A stretch of DNA of 60,619 bases, the filler included. It is 8 parts of 8 records of this genome, joined end to end, with 100 filler letters (N's around TTAATTAATTAA, not from the genome) between each part and the next. Parts side by side here need not be neighbours in the genome. Positions count along the whole stretch, not along the records: positions 46,728 to 53,128 come from SRR31147125_77232; positions 53,229 to 60,619 come from SRR31147125_77295; 6 more parts are not named here. One strand, written 5' to 3'. The notes beneath the pieces were generated by a model. It saw nothing but the letters and a program-made list of their open reading frames with translations, had not been told where the DNA came from and made no database searches. A program made the translations under genes and the position numbers. Below are positions 52,353 through 60,619 of the stretch, piece by piece. Every line of letters starts with the position of its first letter. Positions within the stretch are counted from its first letter, which is position 1.

Positions 52353-53128
52353 GAAATGCTGCTTAAAAGCTCCACCAGGCGGGTGAACTCTGTGCTGGAT
52401 TTAAACCGAATTTCGATTTGACCCTTATCCCCGCTCTTTTTGATTTTTACCTGGGAATTAATGGAACTTGAAAGACGGTGGGAAGTCTGTTCAAGAATAT
52501 TTTTCTCATCCGGGGATAATTGTTCCACCCGCTTTTTAGGCTGTTGTTTGGCCCGGTTGACCAGCCGCTCGGTTTCACGGACCGACAGCCCTTTATCAAG
52601 GACCTGTTTGAAAAGGAGAAGCTGATCTTCTTCAGATCCCCCTCCAAGCAAGGCCCGGGCATGGCCCATGGAAATCTTTTCGGCGATGAGGCTGTCCTTG
52701 ATCTCCAGGGGCAGGGAGCGCAGGCGCAGCAGGTTGGCAATGGTGGACCTGTTCTTACCGATTTTCCTGGCCACTTTTTCCTGGGTATACCCGAATTCGT
52801 CAATGAGTCGAAAATAGGCCTCAGCCTCTTCCAGAACGTTGAGGTTCTCCCGCTGGATATTCTCAATGATGGAGACTTCCAGCACCTGCTCATCGGTGAG
52901 GTCCAGGATGATCACCGGCACTTCGGCAAGCCCGGCTGCCTTTGCCGCTCTCAGTCGGCGCTCCCCGGCTATGAGCTCGTAACTGCCGTCGATATTCCGG
53001 GCCAAAAGCGGCTGGAGCACCCCCTGCTGGGCCACGGAGGTGGTCAGCCGTTCCAGTTCATCCTCGCTGAACCGGGTTCTGGGCTGATAGCGGTTGGGAC
53101 GCAGATCATTTACCGCGCAAAAGAAAAA
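52349..53128 (-). CDS. parB: ParB/Spo0J partition protein, 5'-truncated
   Basis: [55 protein letters not shown] overlap with ispH. Confidence 0.93.
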   Translation of the reverse strand, partial: FFFCAVNDLRPNRYQPRTRFSEDELERLTTSVAQQGVLQPLLARNIDGSYELIAGERRLRAAKAAGLAEVPVIILDLTDEQVLEVSIIENIQRENLNVLEEAEAYFRLIDEFGYTQEKVARKIGKNRSTIANLLRLRSLPLEIKDSLIAEKISMGHARALLGGGSEEDQLLLFKQVLDKGLSVRETERLVNRAKQQPKKRVEQLSPDEKNILEQTSHRLSSSINSQVKIKKSGDKGQIEIRFKSSTEFTRLVELLSSIS

Positions 53129-53228
53129 NNNNNNNNNNNNNNNNNNNNNNNNNNNNNNNNNNNNNNNNNNNNTTAATTAATTAANNNNNNNNNNNNNNNN
53201 NNNNNNNNNNNNNNNNNNNNNNNNNNNN
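53129..53228. other. Artificial contig spacer
   Basis: N44-TTAATTAATTAA-N44. Confidence 0.99.
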
Positions 53229-54123
53229 CAAGGTGATGATCACCAGTACCGCGGCCATGCCGGCCTATGCAGCCAAGCTGGCCGGTTTTTTCGGCAGGAA
53301 GGATATTACCGTGATGCACAGTGTCGTGGATACCGTGGGGATGAATTCCATGGTAAGGCGCTTGATGATTAACGGCGCCGGTGCAGTCTGCGGCATGGCT
53401 GACGCGCGAGATTCCGTTGCCGATACAATGCCGGCCATCGCCATCACTGAATTCGGTTTTTGCGATACCGGTGCGCAGTTCATTCGTGAACGATTGGAAT
53501 CGACGTTCGACGTGATTTCCTTCCATGCCACCGGCATCGGTGAACTGGCAGCCTTGGATTTTGTAAGCCAGGGTCGGTTTGAGGCATTTATTGATTTGGT
53601 GCCGGCGGGATTCAGTGAGTATTTGCTGGGCGGCAACCGCGCGCTGGGGCCGGATCGCTTCGACGCCGGATTAAAGACCGGGCGGCCTTACCTTTTGGCT
53701 CCCTGTGGTTTTGACATGCTTGGTTGTGGCCCCATCGAGCGCCGCGACCAAGGGGATCCGTTGTGGGTCAACCATGATCTGGCGAGCCGGCAACTACTGA
53801 TTCAAGACTCGATGCGGGTCCAGGCACGAACAACGATCGGAGAAATGCAGCATATTGCCAGGCAAACGGCAGCTCAGTTAAACAAGGCAAATACACCTCA
53901 TTTGGTTAAGTTCATCGTCCCGATGCAAGGATTCTCCTCGGTCAGTACCCGTGGCGGCGTATTGTACCATCCCGAAGCGGATCGGGCATTTATCGATACC
54001 CTCAAGGCATCTCTGAATCAAAAGATTGCTGTCGTAGAGGTGGACGGCGACATCAATTCTCAACGCTTTGCCGATACGATCACAGAACAACTATTGATGA
54101 TGAAGTGTTCTCACGGTGGATGA
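53229..54123 (+). CDS. Tm-1-like ATP-binding domain protein (UPF0261), 5'-truncated
   Basis: DITVMHSVVD..G.N, FHATGIG, PMQGFS, DRAF...L, INSQRFA. Confidence 0.85.
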
Positions 54124-54568
54124 CATGCCGCTGCTCGAAGGTGCTAATCATAAGGGGTCACATCGACAATCCGACAAGCCATTGGCAGCATCGAATTTTG
54201 TTGCTTGACACCGAGCCCGGCATTTAAATGAAACGCTATCAATGGATCTTTGTCCGAGTGTCGACGATGACGGACCAAATGCTCACCGCAACCAGCGTCT
54301 CGATGACAAACGAACTGTCTGAAATAAAGCCTAATAACAGGTTTGCCGGATTGCTCAATGGATACTTTTGACTTGTCTATCTATGGCTAAAATGGTATGA
54401 ATACGCATTCTTGAAGAAAAGGCGATGATTCCATATTAACTTTATTTCGGCCTGCGCCCGAATAAAGCACTTTCGTATGTTTCGGATACCGGGCGGCATG
54501 CTGAAACAGGTAGATTTTAGGTTTTCATCAACCGTGCCTGCGCAAATAATAGAAAGGCGGATTCCACA

Positions 54569-55135
54569 ATGGTCGGTGAGGTTATCTGCAAAAACATAAA
54601 GCTGCTGCGTAAGACAAAGGGCTTGACGCTGCAGGACCTGGAGGACGTTACCGGGCTCACCAAAGGATATCTTTCCAAAATTGAGCGGTCCAAGAAGGCT
54701 CCGCCATACTCAACGTTGGACAAGTTGGCCAGAGCGTTGGGCGTTCAGGTCAATGTGCTTACCAGTGAAAAGGTCCAGAAACTGGATGACCCGCGGATTG
54801 AATTTATTAAAAGCGGCGAAGGGCGGGTGGAGCAAACCGAAACAAAGGGGAAGGGGTACACCTATCGGGCGCTGGCAACGCGTGTCGTCGGAAAAAACAT
54901 GAAACCTTATATCATCGAGCCGGCGTTTGAGGAGCAGGGGACGTTCCAGCATGAAGGAGAAGAGTTTCTGTTCGTGCTGGAGGGCACCCATGAGTTGGTA
55001 TACGATGGGAAAAAATACCTGATGGAGCAAGGGGATTGCGTCTATTATGATGCCAATGTGCCCCATACCGGCAGGAGCGTCGGTGATAAACTCGCAAAAG
55101 TATTAGCCATAAACTATCATTACAAGCGATATTAA
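54569..55135 (+). CDS. XRE family transcriptional regulator with C-terminal cupin
   Basis: LR..KGLTL.DL...TGLTKGYLSKIER HTH; QHEGEEFLFVLEG...GD..Y.DANVPH. Confidence 0.92.
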   Translation: MVGEVICKNIKLLRKTKGLTLQDLEDVTGLTKGYLSKIERSKKAPPYSTLDKLARALGVQVNVLTSEKVQKLDDPRIEFIKSGEGRVEQTETKGKGYTYRALATRVVGKNMKPYIIEPAFEEQGTFQHEGEEFLFVLEGTHELVYDGKKYLMEQGDCVYYDANVPHTGRSVGDKLAKVLAINYHYKRY

Positions 55136-55189
55136 AACCGTGTGAACCTGCGCGGGGATTAGTGAGAGGCTATACCATCGATTCTCGAT

Positions 55190-55774
55190 CTATATGTGAT
55201 TTTCCCGCATTCGCTGGCCAAGTTCAGCGCTTGCAATCTCTCTGGAATCCGGTAGAAAGAACCAGTTTTTCACCCCATGCGACAATTCCTCGTGAAGGTT
55301 TTCAGCGATCGACCCATCTCCCCAGTGTGGCCATATTTTAGAGAAGTCCCGTGAAAAACGAGATAGTTTGTCTCCATCCTTCAGTATTTTATCATTCAAC
55401 GAGAGGGCTGCCCGGCGACTATCATGGCCGATGATGATGGTGACAATTTCATCGATGTAGTCCCGTTGGTAATCCACATCCCTTAAAATCAGTTCGGCAA
55501 TCAGCGCGCTGATCTCTTCATGGACTTTAATGGTTTCCGGGTCGTTGTCGGGAACTCTTATCTTGCGGGAAACGTTTTCCGGTATCTTGCCCCATCCCGT
55601 ATCGTGCAGGATGGCCGCGGGAATGACGATATGCCGATCCCCATCAACGGTTTGCAGCATCCTGAGACAAAAATGAACCACTTCCCTCGTGTGCAGCTCG
55701 TTGCTCATCACCTGAAGATGGGGGCGGGCCAATTCAAAGATTTTTTCTTCTTGTTCGGTCAATCGCGGGAACAT
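55190..55774 (-). CDS. HD domain protein
   Basis: H...AILHDTG...HE...GHD...DGDKL. Confidence 0.85.
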   Translation of the reverse strand: MFPRLTEQEEKIFELARPHLQVMSNELHTREVVHFCLRMLQTVDGDRHIVIPAAILHDTGWGKIPENVSRKIRVPDNDPETIKVHEEISALIAELILRDVDYQRDYIDEIVTIIIGHDSRRAALSLNDKILKDGDKLSRFSRDFSKIWPHWGDGSIAENLHEELSHGVKNWFFLPDSREIASAELGQRMRENHI

Positions 55775-55862
55775 ATATCAACATCCGGACCAGTTCATTA
55801 TTTGCTCGACGAATCGAAATAAATCGCAAGGCCCGCATGGCGCGGACCTTGCGGATGGCCGT

Positions 55863-57185
55863 TTATTCATACAGTTTTTTAATCAATTGCGTTTTGTACT
55901 GATATTTTGGAAGTTCATCGACCAGTTCCACATCGGCCCTGAAGATCAGTTTTTCCCTTATGGTTGTCTCCACCTTCTTTTTGAGAGCGTCTTTGTCTCC
56001 CGGGTTGTCTCCGACCTCGACTTTCAATTTCAGCGGTGGCTCGACGACGGTGCCCGGCTTTTCCAGCTGAATTTCAATGGCACCGCTGAGCGCCGGTTTC
56101 ATGGTCGATATCACGTCACGGATCGCCAAGGGGTAAACATTGACCCCTAAAATGGTCAGCATGTCATCGGTGCGGCCGAGGACTTCGATGCGGCAACCGG
56201 AGCGTCCGCACACGCATTTGTCCGTGGTCAGGATGCGAACGTTGTCCCTGGAGCGATAGCGCATCAGCGGCATGGCCTGGGAATGAAGGGCGGTATACAC
56301 CAGTTCTCCTTCAGCTCCCTCGCGGATGCTTTTGCTTTCCAGCGTTACCGGATCGATCAATTCCACATGCACATTGCCCTGGGCCGTGTAATGCATGCCA
56401 TTGCCCCGATCCTCGACGCATTCACCCCAGATCACGCAGCTCATCTCCCCCATGCCCATGCCTTCAATGGCCGTGGCGCCGAAACTCTCTTCGATGCGTT
56501 GGCGGATCAGCTTGGCGCCGCCTTCGGCACCGCCGATGATGGTGCGCAGCCCGAGGGATTTGGGGTCGATGCCCTTCTTCTCTATCTCTCCCAAAAAATA
56601 GGACCAGAACGATACGGTGGCATGCAGGGCATCCGCCCCCTGATACTGATACGCCGCGATGCAGCGGTCCACATTGAATCCGACCGGAATGTTCGTGGCG
56701 CCGGTTCTCTCGATCCCTTCGCGGAACGTATCGGCGATAAAGGGGGCGGTCGGAATATTGACCACCTTGCTTTGGGGCCTGACGCCGCCCATCCAGCACA
56801 CCCTTGCAATCGCCTCGGCATGCACGTTGTGGATGTCGTGGTGGGTCAACCCGATGTAGGTCGGCACGCCGGTGGTGCCGCTGGATGAATAAACACGGGA
56901 CAAGTCTTCTTCGGAGCACGCACGATGCCGGCCGACCGGGGGAGAAGACTGTTGGGCCTCCCGGAGTTCGTGTTTTTCGGTAAAGGGCAATTTTACGATA
57001 TCATCCAGGTTTTGGATCGCATCCGGGTGGATGCCGGCCTGCTTGAATTTGTCTTGATAGAGCGGCGAGTTGTTATATACGTATTTAACCTGGCGCAGAA
57101 ACCGGTCCTCGTGCAATGCTCGCAGCCCATCGCTGTCCAGTGTTTCCATTTCGGGGTTAAAGATGTTTTTTTCGTCTGTACTCAT
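55863..57185 (-). CDS. Phenylacetate-CoA ligase (PaaK)-family acyl/aryl-CoA ligase
   Basis: LPFTEK, YSSSGTTGVP, PLMRYRSRD, GRTDDML..LGVNVYP; ATG 57185 after GGAGG. Confidence 0.88.
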   Translation of the reverse strand: MSTDEKNIFNPEMETLDSDGLRALHEDRFLRQVKYVYNNSPLYQDKFKQAGIHPDAIQNLDDIVKLPFTEKHELREAQQSSPPVGRHRACSEEDLSRVYSSSGTTGVPTYIGLTHHDIHNVHAEAIARVCWMGGVRPQSKVVNIPTAPFIADTFREGIERTGATNIPVGFNVDRCIAAYQYQGADALHATVSFWSYFLGEIEKKGIDPKSLGLRTIIGGAEGGAKLIRQRIEESFGATAIEGMGMGEMSCVIWGECVEDRGNGMHYTAQGNVHVELIDPVTLESKSIREGAEGELVYTALHSQAMPLMRYRSRDNVRILTTDKCVCGRSGCRIEVLGRTDDMLTILGVNVYPLAIRDVISTMKPALSGAIEIQLEKPGTVVEPPLKLKVEVGDNPGDKDALKKKVETTIREKLIFRADVELVDELPKYQYKTQLIKKLYE

Positions 57186-57267
57186 AAATCCTCCATTTTT
57201 CGATTCGCGGATGGGCTTTTCCACCCGTATGGCCCCGGTTTTCGGGCGATGGACGCAATCATCGCGT

Positions 57268-58781
57268 TCAACCTGTTTTCAGTGTGGTTGTTACACGAAT
57301 ATGGCTATTGACCGGATGCTTTTTTTGTATGATCGCCGCCGCCGTCGAGGCCGCGATCAGTGCCGCCTTCTTGGCCTGATCCTGGGATGAAATCAATTTT
57401 TCCGCCAGCGGGGACTCGCTCGCCGATATGGCTTTCAAGTCGTCGAAAAGCGTTTTTTCCTTTTCTATGAAATGCGTGTCGATGTCACCGGCCACGAAAC
57501 GCGCATTGTCCATGATGGCTTTATGGAAATCGATATTGGTTTTCACACCGGTGATGATGTATTCATAAAGGGCGCGCTTCATGCGGGCGATGGCTTCGTC
57601 CCGATCCTTGCCCCAGGCAATCAGTTTGGAGATCATGGAATCGTAAAAGGTGGGAATCGTGTACGATGCGTACACGCCACTATCCACGCGGATGCCCGTG
57701 CCGCCGGGGGATCTGTAGTTTCTGACTTTTCCCGGCGCCGGTGAGAAGTCGGCCATGGGATCTTCGGCGTTGATGCGGCATTCAATGGCCCAACCGTTTA
57801 TCTTGACGTCACCCTGAGAAAAACTCAGCGGCTGTCCCATCGCGACACGGATCTGCTCCTTGACGATATCGATGCCGGTCACCATCTCCGTGACGGGATG
57901 TTCCACCTGGACGCGGGTGTTCATCTCCATGAAATAGAACTCACCCTCGGAGAAGATAAACTCGATTGTTCCGGCGCCTTCGTAACCCAGCCAGCTGGCG
58001 GCCTTGACTGCGGCTTCGCCCATTTGCCGGCGCAGCGCCGGGGTCAATGCGGGGAGGGGGCTTCCTCGACCACTTTCTGGTAGCGTCGTTGGATGGAGCA
58101 CTCCCGCTCGTTCAAATGAACGACGTTGCCATGGGAATCGCCCAATATCTGGACTTCGATATGGCGCGGATGGGTGACGTATTTTTCGATATACACATCG
58201 GCCAGGTTAAAGGCCGCGGAGGCGATGGTGCGCGAGTTTTCGAGGGCTTTGACAAGCTCGTCTTGCGAGTGCACGATGGTCATGCCGATGCCGCCCCCGC
58301 CGCCGGCCGGTTTGACGATCACCGGGTAGCCGATCTCACCGGCGATGCGCAGGGCCTCGTCATCGTCGACGGTCGGATCGTCCGTGCCCGGTACGATCGG
58401 GGTGCCCGCCTTCTGCATTTCATGGCGCGCGGCGATCTTGTTGCCCATCAGGTTGAGCACCCGGCTGGACGGGCCGATGAACTTGATGCCCTCATTCTCG
58501 CATCGGTCGGCAAAGTCCGCGTTTTCGGCCAAAAAGCCATAGCCGGGATGGATGCCATCGGCCGCGCAGGTTCTGGCGACCTCGATGAGCGTGTCGATGT
58601 TCAAATAACTTCTGCTTGCCGGCGCGGGACCGATCAGATATGCTTCGTCGGCGTACTTGGTGAACAGTGCCTTCTCATCCGCCGCGGAATAGACGGCCAC
58701 CGTCTTGATCCCCAATTCCCTGCAAGCCCGCATGATTCGTATGGCGATTTCGCCTCGATTGGCGATCAGGATCTTATTCAT
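57268..58781 (-). CDS. Biotin carboxylase subunit (PycA/AccC-like; frameshift ~58051-58054)
   Basis: [36 protein letters not shown]; shifted frame EEAPSPAL...[21 protein letters not shown]. Confidence 0.92.
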
Positions 58782-60567
58782 TGGCCGGCTCCACAATCAT
58801 CAGTACGTCGTTCGATTCGAGCATGTCGCCCTCTTCAAAAAAGATTTCCTTGACCACACCACCGTGGGGCGAATTGACCTCCCGGAGCATTTTCATGGCC
58901 TCGAGAGTCGCCAACGGGTCGCCGGCTTTGATGGTCTGTTCCGGCGCAACCTTGATGGAGACCAACGATCCGGCCATATTGGGCAGGACTGCCCCGGGCG
59001 TGTCGGCCGAACCGCCATTGGGCGACGTGCCGGCGGCAGCCGACGGCGACGATCCGTCACCGGCCTCTCCACCTTGCCCCATCACGGTCACATTGAATTC
59101 CTCGCCTTCAACGTCGACCAAAAAATGCATCGGAAAATCCACAGTGGTACCGGCGGGTACCCGACCGGCCGTCTGTTGGGCCGCACGCTTGGGTGGCGCA
59201 GATGCTTTTTTCTTCTCGGCGGCCTCGACCTTTTCGGCAAATTTCTTGGCATTCACGCCGGGAATCAGCAGTTGCAGCAAGAACTCATCGTCGGTAAGAT
59301 CCGCCCCCACCTCCTGGCGCAGTTGCTCCAGCGGTTTGTGGCGGTTGACCGGTTTCCAATCCAGGATTGCCTTGGCTTCCGGAAGGGATTCGATGCGTTG
59401 CATGAGCGCCGGATCGATCGGCCCGGGCGGGTCGCCGTAATGGCCGCTGATATACTTGATGGACTGGTCGAGGACGCGCTGGTAGCGTTCGCCCACGATG
59501 CAGTTCTCCACCGCCTGGGCGCCGACGATTTGGGAAAACGGGGTGGCCATCACCGGGTAGCCCAGATCCTTGCGGACCTGTATCGCCTCCTGGATAAACT
59601 CGTCCAGGCGGTCTTCGATCTTGAGCTCGGCCAACTGGCGTTGCATGTTGGTCATCATGCCGCCCGGAATCTGGTGTTCGAAGTGATACTCGCTGTACTC
59701 CTGGGGAACGCCGACGGGGAAGCCGGCGTCGGCGGCGACGGTTTCAAAGTGTTTGCAGACCGCTTCCAGGGCCTCGTCGTTGATGTCGTCCGTGTATCCC
59801 AGGTGCCGGGTGTTGGCCAAAATGTTGGTGATCGAGGGCAGGGACGTGCCGTTGGCCAGCACCGGCACCGCCGTGTGCAGGGTGTCCGCCCCGGCCTTGA
59901 CCGCTTCGAGGTAGCAAAGGGGCGCCATGCCCACATTGCAGTGCGAATGGAATTCCACCGGCAGGTCATCGCAGTTGGCCTTGACCGCGGTGATCAGTTC
60001 CCCGGTGCGCTCGGGGTTGATGACGCCTCCGGCATCTTCGATCATGATGCCGTCGACGACGTCCTTGATCTCGGCGATCAGGCGTGTTTTGTGAATCCAG
60101 TGGTCCCTGTCGTGTACCGGGCTGAAGGTATACATAAGCGCCGGATAGACCTTGCAGCCCAGATCCCGGGACAGCTTGGCAAAATTATAAAAGCGTTCCA
60201 TGTCGGTCTGGTAGTCGCACACCCAGAAGTTGTCCACGCCGTTGGCCGTCATGCGTTTGATCCACAGGGCGATGGCATCCTGGGGCGTGTCCACATCGAA
60301 CGACGCCAGGCTGGCCGTCATGTATGAGCCGCGCAGCGGGGTCTTGGTGATCAGTTTGGCCAGTTTGCGGATCCGGTCCCATGGATCTTCGATCAAATTG
60401 CGCACCTGGACCGTGATCCCCATGCTGCCGATGGTGGCGATCTCCTCATAGCCGACTTCATCCATGGCCGGTGCGATGGGCAGCAGCATTTCATTGGTCA
60501 TCAGATAGGCCCAGAGGCTTTGCTGTGCATCCCTGATGGTTTGATCGATAAATTTGATTTTACGCAT
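58774..60567 (-). CDS. Divergent pyruvate carboxylase B/oxaloacetate decarboxylase alpha-like carboxyltransferase with biotin carrier domain
   Basis: [30 protein letters not shown]-terminal EAMKM biotinylation motif. Confidence 0.88.
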   Translation of the reverse strand: MRKIKFIDQTIRDAQQSLWAYLMTNEMLLPIAPAMDEVGYEEIATIGSMGITVQVRNLIEDPWDRIRKLAKLITKTPLRGSYMTASLASFDVDTPQDAIALWIKRMTANGVDNFWVCDYQTDMERFYNFAKLSRDLGCKVYPALMYTFSPVHDRDHWIHKTRLIAEIKDVVDGIMIEDAGGVINPERTGELITAVKANCDDLPVEFHSHCNVGMAPLCYLEAVKAGADTLHTAVPVLANGTSLPSITNILANTRHLGYTDDINDEALEAVCKHFETVAADAGFPVGVPQEYSEYHFEHQIPGGMMTNMQRQLAELKIEDRLDEFIQEAIQVRKDLGYPVMATPFSQIVGAQAVENCIVGERYQRVLDQSIKYISGHYGDPPGPIDPALMQRIESLPEAKAILDWKPVNRHKPLEQLRQEVGADLTDDEFLLQLLIPGVNAKKFAEKVEAAEKKKASAPPKRAAQQTAGRVPAGTTVDFPMHFLVDVEGEEFNVTVMGQGGEAGDGSSPSAAAGTSPNGGSADTPGAVLPNMAGSLVSIKVAPEQTIKAGDPLATLEAMKMLREVNSPHGGVVKEIFFEEGDMLESNDVLMIVEPANE

Positions 60568-60619
60568 TGTTCTCCCTTTCGCTCAAAACCACACGTCCGT
60601 TTTAATAATTGCTTGCCGT

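Noticed and set aside
55824-55856. Hairpin CGCAAGG...CCTTGCG between the ligase and HD genes as a terminator
   Set aside because: Imperfect stem with a weak U tail; cannot be distinguished from a stability element.
58705-60327. 540-aa plus-strand ORF
   Set aside because: Antisense shadow of the GC-rich carboxyltransferase gene, with no recognisable motifs.
1-60619. rRNA, tRNA, CRISPR arrays, transposases and prophage genes
   Set aside because: None recognised by eye; tRNA and covariance-model scans would be needed to exclude small RNAs.

Overview
This window is not one genomic locus. It is eight unrelated contigs (1-6512, 6613-12611, 12712-18189, 18290-26561, 26662-34762, 34863-46627, 46728-53128, 53229-60619) joined by 100-bp N44-TTAATTAATTAA-N44 spacers. 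Base composition and gene style differ between contigs, so this looks like a metagenomic assembly of mostly anaerobic bacteria (FCB-group-like and Desulfobacterota-like, by inference). Many genes are split by single-base deletions, mostly in homopolymers, which look like sequencing error. Contents: (1) TPM/nucleotidyltransferase-fold/LemA operon, an M49-like peptidase and a FadF-like membrane Fe-S oxidoreductase; (2) secreted proteins and a Tat-exported PaoABC/YagTRS-like molybdoenzyme; (3) argR-argG-argH-proB'-proB-proA with tandem ARG boxes; (4) an AIPR-like fragment, a PorV-barrel/CARDB/2xOmpA fusion and a 7xDUF11 surface protein; (5) a mannitol-type PTS operon with no mtlD; (6) an Fe-ADH/aldolase/PdxA2/DUF1537 kinase/SSS cluster, a sulfatase and a GH106; (7) a c-di-GMP-I riboswitch, an Rhs remnant, YihG, MshEN-like/FapA, IspH-UbiA and ParB; (8) a Tm-1-like protein, an XRE-cupin regulator, an HD protein, a PaaK-like ligase and a divergent biotin carboxylase pair. 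Three candidates for undescribed biology stand out, all inferred from gene context and motifs. First, mannitol catabolism via fructose 1-phosphate using a SorE-like dehydrogenase. Second, catabolism of a C7 2-keto-3-deoxy acid (for example Dha) via D-threonate. Third, a biotin carboxyltransferase whose carbamylated-Lys position is Glu, in an operon with a CoA ligase.
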